64,000 bases of DNA from Methylomonas sp. (GCA_002929135.1 PESC01000050.1:1805-65804); one strand, 5' to 3'; shown: positions 10,081 through 19,948, counted from the first letter of the stretch. The notes: generated by a model not told the origin, from the sequence alone. Program-made: numbers and translations.

Positions 10081-11967
10081 ATGAACAAACGACCGATACG
10101 GCTGATGGTTCTGCTTTGGCTGTTACTCAGCTTCGCCCAAACAGCCAGATCCGAAGAAGCCAAGCTGTTTTCGCTGAATTTCAAGGATGTCGATATCCGA
10201 GCCTTGATCGAAACCGTTGCCGATGCTACCGGCAAGAACTTCGTCATCGATCCGCGCATCACCGGCAACATTACTGTGGTGACGTCAACGCCGATGCGGG
10301 CGTCGCAGGTTTATGACGTGTTTCTGTCCATCCTGAAAGTGCACGGTTTCGCGGCGGTGACGACTGGCGGCATCATCAAGATCGTGCCCACCCAGTCGGC
10401 CAAGCAGGATGGCGACCCTGGCGAACTCAAGCAGATCATTCGTGGCGGCGACGAACAGCAGACGCGCATCGTTCAGCTACATCATGTCGATGCCGGCCAG
10501 CTCGTGCAAACCCTGTTGCCGTTGATGCCGCAATACGCTTTTCTGGCGGCGGTGCCTGAAAGCAACAATCTCATCATTTCCGATACCGCCGCCAATGTCG
10601 CCCGCCTGGAAGCCATGGTGAGCCAGGTCGATAAAAGCGATGCCCAGGTTCTGGAGGTGATTCAACTGCAACATGCCAGCGCCGCCGATTTGATTCAACC
10701 GATCAACAACCTGATTGCAACCATCAATGCTGGTAAAGCCACCGCCACCGCACCGCCGATGGTGGCTGACGAGCGTACCAACAGCATTATCATCGGTGGC
10801 CACCCTGACACGCGCTTGCAGATGCGCACCCTGATTGCCAGTCTCGATGGGCCGATCGAGAAAGACGGCAATACCGAAGTCATTTACCTGCGTTTTGCCA
10901 AAGCCAAGGAAATGGTCGAAACCCTGACCGGCGTCGGCTCGGCAAAAGACGACAAGGCCGAAAAGCCCAAAACCAAGGCCAGTACCGACAAGAATTTCGA
11001 CATTCGCGCTGATGAAGCCATCAATGCCTTGATCATCACCGCACCGTCCGACGTGATGCGCAACTTGAAGCAGGTCATCCGTCAGCTCGATATCCGCCGT
11101 GCCCAGGTGCATATCGAAGCCATCATCGCCGAGGTTACCTACGACAAGTTGCAACAATTGGGTGTCGAATGGCAGACCGACATCGATGGCCCGGGTGGCA
11201 TCGTTGCTGGTCGCACCCGGGGTGGGCGCGATTCGCTCGATCTGGCGGCCTTCGCCACGTCGCTCGGCAAGGGTATGAATATTGGTTATTTGGCAGGTAG
11301 CGAGCTGAAAGCCCTCATCAATGCCTTCGCCTCCAATACCAATGTCAACATTTTGTCGACGCCGTCGCTGGTAACGCTGGACAACGAAGAAGCCAGCATC
11401 ATGGTTGGTGAGAACATCCCGTTGACTACCGGGCAATTCGCGCCGGCGCCGGGCATCAATCAACCGTTCAACACCATTCAGCGCCAGGATGTCGGCATCA
11501 AGCTGAAAGTGTTGCCGCAGATCAATGAGGGCGATGCTGTCAAACTCAAGGTAACGCAGGAGGTTTCCAGTGTCACGGGGCCTGAGCGTTTCACCAAGCG
11601 CCAGATCGAAACTTCGGTACTGGTCGATGACGGCAGGATATTGGTGATGGGCGGGTTGATCGAGGACAAAGTCAACGAAACCGTCGATTCGGTGCCGTTG
11701 CTGGGCGATATTCCACTGTTGGGCTATCTGTTCAGAACCACCAATACCAGTGTCAAAAAGACCAACCTGATGGTATTCCTCAGGCCGCAAATCATTCGCG
11801 ACACACGCCAGTCTGGCGAAGTCACCCAAGACAAATACCATGCCATTCGGGAAAAGCAGCAAAAATTCATTGAAGAAGGTCTGCATCTGATGCCGGATGA
11901 GCCGCAACCTTTGCTGGAATCGTTACCGGATGCCGGTGGCGATGAGGCCTCCGTTGGCCAGCCTTGA
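10081..11967 (+). CDS. gspD: Type II secretion secretin
   Basis: Signal peptide, LNFKDVDIRALI, QLDIRRAQVHIEAII, STPSLVTLDNEEA, VPLLGDIPLLGYLFR. Confidence 0.96.
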   Translation: MNKRPIRLMVLLWLLLSFAQTARSEEAKLFSLNFKDVDIRALIETVADATGKNFVIDPRITGNITVVTSTPMRASQVYDVFLSILKVHGFAAVTTGGIIKIVPTQSAKQDGDPGELKQIIRGGDEQQTRIVQLHHVDAGQLVQTLLPLMPQYAFLAAVPESNNLIISDTAANVARLEAMVSQVDKSDAQVLEVIQLQHASAADLIQPINNLIATINAGKATATAPPMVADERTNSIIIGGHPDTRLQMRTLIASLDGPIEKDGNTEVIYLRFAKAKEMVETLTGVGSAKDDKAEKPKTKASTDKNFDIRADEAINALIITAPSDVMRNLKQVIRQLDIRRAQVHIEAIIAEVTYDKLQQLGVEWQTDIDGPGGIVAGRTRGGRDSLDLAAFATSLGKGMNIGYLAGSELKALINAFASNTNVNILSTPSLVTLDNEEASIMVGENIPLTTGQFAPAPGINQPFNTIQRQDVGIKLKVLPQINEGDAVKLKVTQEVSSVTGPERFTKRQIETSVLVDDGRILVMGGLIEDKVNETVDSVPLLGDIPLLGYLFRTTNTSVKKTNLMVFLRPQIIRDTRQSGEVTQDKYHAIREKQQKFIEEGLHLMPDEPQPLLESLPDAGGDEASVGQP

Positions 11968-13478
11968 GCATGGTTGCCTTGTCTGTCGAGCCTGATGTCG
12001 AGGCGGTCGGCTTGCCGCAATACGGCTTTGCCAAACGTCATGGTGTTGTCGTGATGTCTGAAGAAGACGGTGGCGAGCTGCTGGTGTGTCACCGCCAGGA
12101 CACGCCGCTGACCGCCTTGCTGGAAGTCCGTCGCTGGCTGGGGCGATCAGCCCGCTTCCAGGGGGTGTCGGATGCTGAATTCGAGCAGCGTTTGCAGGCG
12201 GTTTACGAGCACAAAACCGGTCAGTCGCGCGACATGGTCGATCAGTTGCACGAGCAGGTCGATTTGTCTGACATGGCTTTGCATTTGCCCAAGCCGGAAG
12301 ATTTGCTGGAAAGCGAGGACGAGGCACCCATCATCCGGTTAATTAACGCGCTGCTGGCCGAGGCGATCAAGGAAAATGCCTCGGACATTCATATCGAACC
12401 CTACGAATCGCGCATGGTGGTGCGCTTCCGTGTCGATGGCGTGTTGCGCGAGATCATCGAGCCGCAGCGTGAATTCGCGCCCATGGTGATTTCGCGGCTG
12501 AAAGTCATGGCCAAGCTCGATATTGCCGAAAAACGTTTGCCGCAGGATGGCCGGATTTCGTTGATCATCGGCGGACGCACCGTCGATGTGCGGGTGTCAA
12601 CCTTGCCGTCCGGTCATGGCGAGCGTGTGGTTTTGCGCCTTCTCGACAAGCAGGCCAATCAGCTTAGTCTGAAGCAGGTGGGCATGGCGTCAGACGAGCT
12701 GGCACGCATTCAGGCCATGATCGCCCGGCCACACGGCATCATTCTGGTCACCGGGCCGACGGGTTCCGGCAAAACCACTAGCTTGTACGCTATTGTCAAT
12801 CAGCTCAACGAGCGGACACGCAACATTCTCACCGTCGAAGATCCGATCGAATATTACCTCGACGGTATAGGTCAAACCCAAGTCAATGCCAAGGTCGAGA
12901 TGACCTTCGCCAAAGGCTTGCGTGCCATTTTGCGCCAAGACCCGGATGTGGTAATGGTGGGCGAGATTCGTGACCGCGAAACCGCCGAAATTGCGGTACA
13001 GGCCAGTCTGACCGGTCATTTAGTGCTATCAACACTGCATACCAACACGGCGGTGGGTGCCATTACCCGTTTGCGCGACATGGGCGTCGAGCCGTTTTTG
13101 CTGGCATCCAGTCTGGTGGGGGTGATAGCCCAGCGCCTGGTGCGGGTGTTGTGTCCACGCTGCAAGCAAACCACGCGAGTACCGGCGACTGATCTGCTGT
13201 GCCTGGGATTGGTCGCCGATGACGTAGAGGTCGAGGTTTGTGTGCCGGTCGGCTGTGCGCATTGCCAGGGCCGGGGTTACAAGGGCAGGGCGGGTATTTT
13301 CGAAATCATTCCGATCGATTCGGCGATGGCGCATCTGATACACGATGGTGCGGGCGACAGAGAGCTGGAAGCGCACGCCCGCCTGCTGGCGCCGAGCATA
13401 CAGCACAGCGCGTTAAGTAAGGTGCTGGCCGGGGATACCAGTATCGATGAAGCCTTACGCATGACGCTGAAAGAGTAG
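11964..13478 (+). CDS. gspE: Type II secretion ATPase
   Basis: ASDIHIEP, GPTGSGKT, LRQDPDVVMVGEIRD, CPRC/CAHC. Confidence 0.96.
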   Translation: MSMVALSVEPDVEAVGLPQYGFAKRHGVVVMSEEDGGELLVCHRQDTPLTALLEVRRWLGRSARFQGVSDAEFEQRLQAVYEHKTGQSRDMVDQLHEQVDLSDMALHLPKPEDLLESEDEAPIIRLINALLAEAIKENASDIHIEPYESRMVVRFRVDGVLREIIEPQREFAPMVISRLKVMAKLDIAEKRLPQDGRISLIIGGRTVDVRVSTLPSGHGERVVLRLLDKQANQLSLKQVGMASDELARIQAMIARPHGIILVTGPTGSGKTTSLYAIVNQLNERTRNILTVEDPIEYYLDGIGQTQVNAKVEMTFAKGLRAILRQDPDVVMVGEIRDRETAEIAVQASLTGHLVLSTLHTNTAVGAITRLRDMGVEPFLLASSLVGVIAQRLVRVLCPRCKQTTRVPATDLLCLGLVADDVEVEVCVPVGCAHCQGRGYKGRAGIFEIIPIDSAMAHLIHDGAGDRELEAHARLLAPSIQHSALSKVLAGDTSIDEALRMTLKE

Positions 13479-13481
13479 GGC

Positions 13482-14693
13482 ATGGCGGCATTCGAATATC
13501 AAGCCATCGACGGTCGGGGGCGCACGGTTAAAGGCACACTGGAGAGCGACAGCGCCAAATCGGCGCGTCAGCAATTGAAGGTGACCGGGCTGACCTTGCT
13601 CGCCATTCAGGAAATCCACAAACAGGAAAACCGGCAGCGGGCGTCGCTGTGGACGCAACGCATCGGGATGCGGGCGCTGACCCATATCACCCGGCAGTTG
13701 GCCGCTTTGCTGAAGTCAGGGCTGGCAATCGATGAGGCACTGGCCATCGTGGCCCGGCAGTCGGAATCGGCTAAGGCCAGGCGTATCGTCACGGCGATCA
13801 GAACCCGCGTCGTCGAAGGCCAGAGTCTGGCGCAGGCTTGTCAGGGCTTTCCCAGCAGCTTTCCGCCCATGTATCGTGCCACGGTCGAGGCTGGGGAGTC
13901 GTCGGGCAAGCTGGATCAGGTGCTGGAAAAACTTGCGGACTATCTCAGCGACAAGGGCCAACTGCATCGCAAGCTGCAAATGGCGATGATTTATCCGGTG
14001 CTGCTGACGGGGGTGTCGCTGTTGGTGGTCATCGGTTTGCTGACCTATGTCGTGCCGGAAATCACCGGGGTATTCGACAAGATGGGCCAGCAATTGCCCG
14101 CAATTACCCGTGGCCTGATCGCGAGCAGCGATTTTTTCAAGGATTACGGTTTGATGCTGGTGGTTTTGCTTATTGTGCTGACGATGGCTTTCAAATGGCT
14201 GATGCGCCGTGACGAGCCGCGTATGCGTTTTCACCGCTGGCTGCTGCGCTGGCCACTGACGGCGAAGTTTTCGCGTGGTCTCAATACCGCACGGTTCACC
14301 CGCACGCTGGCGATTCTGACCAACAGCGGCGTCGAATTGTTGACGGCTTTGCGCATCGCCAGTCAGGTGCTGGGTAACGATGCCATGCGCAAGGCCGTCG
14401 AAACCGCCGCCTTGCGGGTTCGTGAAGGCCAGAGCCTGAACCGGGCACTGGAAAGCAGCCGTTTTTTTCCGCCCGTGACCATACATCTGATTGCCAGCGG
14501 CGAGGCCAGTGGTCAGTTGCCGCGCATGCTGGAAAGCGCCGCCGACGACCAGGAGCGTGACATTCAGGCGCTGACCGAGTTGACGATGGGCTTGTTCGAA
14601 CCGGCCCTGATTCTGACCATGGGCTTGCTGGTTTTGGTTATCGTGCTGGCCATACTGCTGCCGATTTTCGAGATGAACCAGTTGATACGCTGA
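13482..14693 (+). CDS. gspF: Type II secretion inner-membrane platform protein
   Basis: MAAFEYQA, GESSGKLDQVL, AMIYP, GEASGQL, FEPALI..PIFEMNQL. Confidence 0.95.
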   Translation: MAAFEYQAIDGRGRTVKGTLESDSAKSARQQLKVTGLTLLAIQEIHKQENRQRASLWTQRIGMRALTHITRQLAALLKSGLAIDEALAIVARQSESAKARRIVTAIRTRVVEGQSLAQACQGFPSSFPPMYRATVEAGESSGKLDQVLEKLADYLSDKGQLHRKLQMAMIYPVLLTGVSLLVVIGLLTYVVPEITGVFDKMGQQLPAITRGLIASSDFFKDYGLMLVVLLIVLTMAFKWLMRRDEPRMRFHRWLLRWPLTAKFSRGLNTARFTRTLAILTNSGVELLTALRIASQVLGNDAMRKAVETAALRVREGQSLNRALESSRFFPPVTIHLIASGEASGQLPRMLESAADDQERDIQALTELTMGLFEPALILTMGLLVLVIVLAILLPIFEMNQLIR

Positions 14694-14739
14694 TGCTGCC
14701 CGTGTGTCGGCTGCTTGTATGGCGAAATGTCATGATTGA

Positions 14740-14781
14740 TTGATGTAAATCAAAAAAAGCTTCGTGCGCTGTCACGACAAT
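14740..14781 (+). promoter_or_regulatory. FNR/Anr box and class II promoter
   Basis: Perfect TTGAT-GTAA-ATCAA at 14740-14753; GACAAT at 14776-14781 puts the box at -41.5. Confidence 0.8.
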
Positions 14782-14818
14782 GCGATCTCCATAACTAAAA
14801 ACAATTTGGAGGTATGCA

Positions 14819-15214
14819 ATGGCTTTAATTACCTGGACTGCCGAGCAATACGGCACCGATGTCGGGTTTGCCGATCAAGAGCATCAAACACTGTTTGGCC
14901 TGCTGAACAAACTGTACGACGAGGCCACCGGCGGCGCGGCGCGTTCGACTATCGGCGGGTCACTTGATGCGCTGATTGCCTATGTTGTGGATCATTTTGC
15001 CCACGAAGAACGAGAGATGTTGGCAAAAGGATTCGCCGGTTACGATGTTCACAAGGCAGAGCACGATGCGCTGGTTGGCATTTGCGCCGATTTGCAGAAA
15101 AAATTTCATGCCGGGGAAGCCGACGTGACTGATGATGTCGGTCAGATGGTGAAAGGCTGGCTGGATAGTCACATACCCAAGTTCGACAAAGGCTATTCCG
15201 CAGCGCTGAAGTAA
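14819..15214 (+). CDS. Single-domain bacteriohemerythrin (McHr-like)
   Basis: 131 aa; di-iron ligand motifs DQEH, HFAHE, HKAEH, HIPKFD; MALITWTAE start. Confidence 0.93.
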   Translation: MALITWTAEQYGTDVGFADQEHQTLFGLLNKLYDEATGGAARSTIGGSLDALIAYVVDHFAHEEREMLAKGFAGYDVHKAEHDALVGICADLQKKFHAGEADVTDDVGQMVKGWLDSHIPKFDKGYSAALK

Positions 15215-15234
15215 GTTTGATATGGAATGACAAG

Positions 15235-15266
15235 GCCTGCGGGCGTCATTGCTCGCGGGCTTTTTT
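15235..15266 (+). terminator. Intrinsic terminator after hemerythrin
   Basis: 10-bp GC stem plus T6. Confidence 0.8.
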
Positions 15267-15450
15267 ATGGCTGGATTTTACGGTCGGGAAAAGCTCTTGT
15301 GGTTTGGCCAGGATTGATAGGTTAGAATTACTAGGTTAATTGCCACACTTGGTTGGTAAGCAAAAGGACATGTTGGTTGCTTTATTGCAGGCCACAAACA
15401 CAAAAACTAAAGCGCATACAAGTTTACAAACACAATCGGGAGGCTGCTCC

Positions 15451-16674
15451 GTGAAGAAAACAAAGCAATTGCTCGCGTGTTCGGTTCTACTGGCCTCTGG
15501 CCTAGAATCTGCCCACGCGGACTACACACTCAACCTGGTCAAAGGGGTGACACAGCTTAGCCACAGGCTGTATGACTTGCACATGCTCATCCTGTGGGTT
15601 TGTGTGGCCATTGGTGTCGGCGTGTTTGGCACGATGTTTTACTCAATCTATCACCACCGCAAATCCAAAGGCCATCAGGCAGCACAATTTCACGAAAGTA
15701 CCACGGTCGAGATTATCTGGACCATCATTCCCACACTGATTCTGATCGGCATGGCCGTGCCCGCAACCTACGCGGTCATGGATATCGACAAGGTCGAAGA
15801 GTCCGAAATGTCCATCAAGGTTACCGGTAAACAGTGGTATTGGGATTACGAATACCTCGATAACGGCATTCATTTCGAAAGCCATCTTGATGAAGCCAGT
15901 GAAAAGACGCATCGGGTAAGCACCATGGATCCGCGTTCAGTGCCCAATTACCTGTTGAACGTCGATAAGCCGCTGGTCATTCCGACCAAAACCAAAATTC
16001 GTTTTCTGTTCACATCGTCGGACGTCATCCACTCATGGTGGGTGCCTGACTTGGGCTGGAAGAAAGACGCCAACCCTGGTTTCGTCAACGAAGCCTGGAC
16101 CTATGTCGAAAAACCCGGCACCTATCGAGGTCAATGTACCGAACTCTGCGGTCGCGACCATGGCTTCATGCCTGTCGTCGTCATTGCCATGGAACAGGAA
16201 CAATACGATGCCTGGGTTAAAACCACGCTCGAAAAACAAAGCCAAGGGCCTGATTTGAGCAAGCAAAGCCGCGCCTCATTGCTGGCGAAAGGCGAATCGG
16301 TCTATCTGAAAAACTGCGTTGCATGTCATCAGATTGATGGTAAAGGCATCAGCGGCTGGTATCCGGCGCTGCGCGATAGTGGCAAAGTCATCGGCAATGT
16401 CGATCAACTGATAGGCTTTGTCCAGGCTGGTACCAGCAAAATGCCCGCATTCAAAAAATTGCCTGCCAATGAGCTTGCGGAACTGGTTACCTACATAAGG
16501 AATTCAGCGGACATCGGCAACAATGTCAACGATGAGTTTCAGCCCTGCCAGGCACTGACGCTTGATGATTTGGATGAGTTGTTCCCGGATAACGATGATG
16601 CCGGTCAGCAGTGCAAAGAACACGGCGAGGTCAAACCGACCGCCAAAACCGCCAGTGCAGCGGCAGGGTCTTGA
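15451..16674 (+). CDS. coxB: Cytochrome c oxidase subunit II fused to cytochrome c
   Basis: QWYWDYEY, HSWWVP, CTELCGRDHGFM (CuA), CVACH heme c motif; GTG start at 15451 after gggagg. Confidence 0.95.
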   Translation: MKKTKQLLACSVLLASGLESAHADYTLNLVKGVTQLSHRLYDLHMLILWVCVAIGVGVFGTMFYSIYHHRKSKGHQAAQFHESTTVEIIWTIIPTLILIGMAVPATYAVMDIDKVEESEMSIKVTGKQWYWDYEYLDNGIHFESHLDEASEKTHRVSTMDPRSVPNYLLNVDKPLVIPTKTKIRFLFTSSDVIHSWWVPDLGWKKDANPGFVNEAWTYVEKPGTYRGQCTELCGRDHGFMPVVVIAMEQEQYDAWVKTTLEKQSQGPDLSKQSRASLLAKGESVYLKNCVACHQIDGKGISGWYPALRDSGKVIGNVDQLIGFVQAGTSKMPAFKKLPANELAELVTYIRNSADIGNNVNDEFQPCQALTLDDLDELFPDNDDAGQQCKEHGEVKPTAKTASAAAGS

Positions 16675-16727
16675 TGCGATCTGTCGTCGGATGAACACAG
16701 TTTCCACTTTTTGTTGAGGTATTTAGT

Positions 16728-18350
16728 ATGTCTGCTGTCGTAGCTGAGCACGATGATCATCACGATCATCACGATCATGGCCCGGAAAAGGGCATTCTAA
16801 GGTGGGTGTTTACCACCAATCATAAGGACATCGGCACCTTGTATCTGGTGTTTGCGCTGGTGATGTTCTTCGTGGGTGGCACCATGGCGTTGATTATTCG
16901 CGCGGAGCTTTTCGAACCGGGCTTGCAATTCGTCGATCCCAATTTTTTCAATTCGATGACCACCATGCATGCGCTGGTAATGGTATTCGGCGCCGTCATG
17001 CCCGCGTTTGTGGGTTTGGCCAACTGGATGATTCCGATGATGGTTGGTGCGCCTGATATGGCATTGCCGCGCATGAACAACATGAGCTTCTGGATGCTGG
17101 TTGCCGGTGTTTTATTGCTGGCCAGCACCTTGTTCATGGAGGGCGGTGCGCCCGCGTCAGGTTGGACACTGTATCCACCGCTGGTGTTACAAACCGGTAA
17201 AGCCTTTCCATTTGCCATTTTTTCGGTGCACTTGTTGGGTGTCTCGTCCATCATGGGAGCTATCAACGTCATTGCAACCATTTTTAACATGCGCGCACCC
17301 GGAATGACGCTGATGAAAATGCCGCTGTTCGTCTGGACCTGGTTGATAACAGCCTTTTTGTTGATTGCGATCATGCCGGTATTCGCAGGTGCGGTTACCA
17401 TGTTACTGACCGACAAGTTCTTCGCAACCAGCTTTTTCGATGCCGCAGGTGGCGGTGATCCGGTTCTGTATCAGCACATCTTCTGGTTCTTCGGTCATCC
17501 GGAAGTCTACGTGATGATACTGCCAACCTTTGGCGTGGCTTCGACCATCATTCCGGTGTTTGCGCGCAAACCGCTGTTCGGTTATGCCTCTATGGTCTAC
17601 GCGACCGGTGCGATTGCGTTTTTGTCATTCATAGTCTGGGCACACCACATGTTCACCGTGGGTTTGCCGATTGCCGGTGAACTGTACTTCATGTATGCCA
17701 CCATGCTGATTGCCATTCCAACTGGGGTGAAGGTGTTCAACTGGACAGCTACGATGTGGAAGGGTGCGATGACATTTGAAACCCCGATGCTGTTCTCGAT
17801 TGCCTTCGTTGTGTTGTTCACCATGGGCGGCTTCACCGGTTTGATGATGTCGGTTGCTCCGGTTGACTTTCAATACCACGATACCTATTTCATCGTTGCC
17901 CATTTTCACTACACCCTGGTGCCCGCTTCAATCTTCATCCTGATGGCGGCTGGCTACTACTGGCTGCCGAAATGGACGGGGAATATGTACAACGAGAAAA
18001 TCGGTCAACTGCATTTCTGGTTGTCGGCTATATCTGTCAACATCCTGTTCTTCCCGCAGCATTTCCTGGGTCTGGCCGGTATGCCGCGCCGGATTCCTGA
18101 CTATGCCATTCAATTTGCCGACTGGAACATGGTGTCCAGTGTGGGTGCGTTCATCTACGGTTTCAGTCAATTGTTATTCGTTTACATCGTGATCGATACC
18201 ATTCGTGGCGGTACTGGCAAGGTGACGGCCGAGGTTTGGGAAGATGCGGCCAAGCATGGCCTGGAATGGACTGTGCCTTCACCTGCGCCGTATCACACGT
18301 TTTCGACACCGCCAACGATCATTCCGACCGAGCACATCGTCGACCATTAA
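16728..18350 (+). CDS. coxA: Cytochrome c oxidase subunit I (A1 type)
   Basis: TNHKDIG, GHPEVY, WAHHM, AHFHY, GMPRRIPDY. Confidence 0.98.
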   Translation: MSAVVAEHDDHHDHHDHGPEKGILRWVFTTNHKDIGTLYLVFALVMFFVGGTMALIIRAELFEPGLQFVDPNFFNSMTTMHALVMVFGAVMPAFVGLANWMIPMMVGAPDMALPRMNNMSFWMLVAGVLLLASTLFMEGGAPASGWTLYPPLVLQTGKAFPFAIFSVHLLGVSSIMGAINVIATIFNMRAPGMTLMKMPLFVWTWLITAFLLIAIMPVFAGAVTMLLTDKFFATSFFDAAGGGDPVLYQHIFWFFGHPEVYVMILPTFGVASTIIPVFARKPLFGYASMVYATGAIAFLSFIVWAHHMFTVGLPIAGELYFMYATMLIAIPTGVKVFNWTATMWKGAMTFETPMLFSIAFVVLFTMGGFTGLMMSVAPVDFQYHDTYFIVAHFHYTLVPASIFILMAAGYYWLPKWTGNMYNEKIGQLHFWLSAISVNILFFPQHFLGLAGMPRRIPDYAIQFADWNMVSSVGAFIYGFSQLLFVYIVIDTIRGGTGKVTAEVWEDAAKHGLEWTVPSPAPYHTFSTPPTIIPTEHIVDH

Positions 18351-18398
18351 CGATAAGCCTGCCATTGCTGTCGAGTGGCAGGCGCCAAGGCAAACCGA

Positions 18399-18497
18399 AT
18401 GGATACCAGGAAGAAAAACATACTGACTGCGGTGATACTGATCGTTGTGGCTTTCACAATCTATGTGTTTGCGGTCATGAAGGCGATGTCGCAATGA
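18399..18497 (+). CDS. 32-aa single-TM small protein in the cox operon (MDTRKKNILTAVILIVVAFTIYVFAVMKAMSQ)
   Basis: Basic N-terminus plus hydrophobic helix; stop overlaps the ctaG start (ATGA). Confidence 0.72.
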   Translation: MDTRKKNILTAVILIVVAFTIYVFAVMKAMSQ

Positions 18498-19036
18498 CTG
18501 ATGAACGTCAACAGAAAAACAGCAAACTGGCCGTCAAACTGGTGGTTGTTGCACTGTTGATGTTCGGATTCGGCTATGCCTTGGTGCCGCTATACAACGT
18601 GCTATGTGATCTGGCTGGACAAAACACTAGAGTAGACTCGGTGGCAAAAACCGAAACATCGTTCACAGTGGATGCTTCGCGAGAGGTGAGTGTCGAGTTA
18701 CTAACCGCGCTCAACAAATCGATACCGCTGGAGTTCAAGGTAGAAACGCCTATCGTCAAACTGCATCCCGGCGAATATCGAACGGTCAAATTTTTTGCAA
18801 AGAATATTTCGAAAGATCGCCTGAAAGCACGCGCTGTGGCGACGTTTTCGCCTGGGCTGGTCAAGGATTTCGTGATCAAGACCATTTGTTTTTGCGAACT
18901 GGAACAGATATTCGAGCCAAACGAAACTAAAGACATGTCGGTTCGTTTCGTAGTTGATCCGGCGTTACCGGAAAAATACAAAACCATTACGCTGTCGTAC
19001 ACATTTTTTGATATTACTCAGACTGAAACTCAATGA
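18494..19036 (+). CDS. ctaG: Cox11/CtaG copper chaperone
   Basis: MFGFGYALVPLYNVLC, KTICFCELEQ, TITLSYTFF. Confidence 0.93.
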   Translation: MTDERQQKNSKLAVKLVVVALLMFGFGYALVPLYNVLCDLAGQNTRVDSVAKTETSFTVDASREVSVELLTALNKSIPLEFKVETPIVKLHPGEYRTVKFFAKNISKDRLKARAVATFSPGLVKDFVIKTICFCELEQIFEPNETKDMSVRFVVDPALPEKYKTITLSYTFFDITQTETQ

Positions 19037-19048
19037 AAGGGGAAGGTT

Positions 19049-19927
19049 ATGTCTACTAACGAAGGTTACTATATTCCGCACAAAGCGGTTTGGCCGGTCA
19101 TGGCAACAGCCGGATTGATGACCATGCTTGCCGGATTTGCCAACTACCTCAACGGATCATCGGCTGGCTCAAGCGTCATGCTATTTGGCTTGGTGGTATT
19201 TTTAATCATGTTGGGTTTCTGGTTCGCCTTGCAATCCACTGAAAGCGAGTCAGGCATGTATAACCATGGCGTCGGTATCTCCTACCGCATGGGCATGATG
19301 TGGTTTATTTTCTCCGAGGTGATGTTTTTTGCCGTGTTCTTTGGCGCGCTTTGGTTCACGCGCAATCTGTCCGTGCCCTGGCTGGGCGCTGTCGATGGGG
19401 CATTCGACAGCGGCCCCGGTCGTGCAACCTTCACCCTGTGGCCGGATTACAGCGCGACATGGCCGACCAACGGCCCTGGCAATGTCGGCGGCCATTTCGA
19501 ACCGATGGGCGCATTCGGTTTGCCGTTTCTGAATACACTCATTCTGTTGACTAGCGGTGTGACATGCACATGGGCACATCATGGTCTGCTGGCAAAAAAT
19601 CGTGGTCAACTGATTAAAGGTCTTATCGCGACAGTGGCTTTGGGCTTCCTGTTTGTTGCATTTCAGGCCATCGAATATCATGAAGCCTACACCGAAATGG
19701 GCCTGACTCTGGGTTCTGGTATTTATGGCTCGACATTCTTCATGCTGACCGGCTTCCATGGCCTTCACGTCTGCGTGGGTGCGATCATGTTGTCGGTGGT
19801 TCTGTTCAGAAGCTGGAAAGGCCATTTCAAACCGGAAAATCATTTCGCATTTGAAGCAGCGGCATGGTATTGGCACTTCGTCGACGTAGTCTGGCTGGGC
19901 TTGTTCGTGTTTGTTTACATCATGTAA
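19049..19927 (+). CDS. coxC: Cytochrome c oxidase subunit III
   Basis: WFIFSEVMFF, YGSTFFMLTGFHGLHV, AWYWHFVDVVW. Confidence 0.97.
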   Translation: MSTNEGYYIPHKAVWPVMATAGLMTMLAGFANYLNGSSAGSSVMLFGLVVFLIMLGFWFALQSTESESGMYNHGVGISYRMGMMWFIFSEVMFFAVFFGALWFTRNLSVPWLGAVDGAFDSGPGRATFTLWPDYSATWPTNGPGNVGGHFEPMGAFGLPFLNTLILLTSGVTCTWAHHGLLAKNRGQLIKGLIATVALGFLFVAFQAIEYHEAYTEMGLTLGSGIYGSTFFMLTGFHGLHVCVGAIMLSVVLFRSWKGHFKPENHFAFEAAAWYWHFVDVVWLGLFVFVYIM

Positions 19928-19948
19928 TTCCCTCCTGCAACCCAGAAC

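Noticed and set aside
15374-15389. Sigma54-like TGG-N10-GC upstream of coxB
   Set aside because: Spacing is right but the TGGCAC core is poorly matched; likely chance.
16749-16778. Tandem catcacgat repeats in coxA
   Set aside because: They encode the His/Asp-rich N-terminus common in CoxA; not a contingency repeat.
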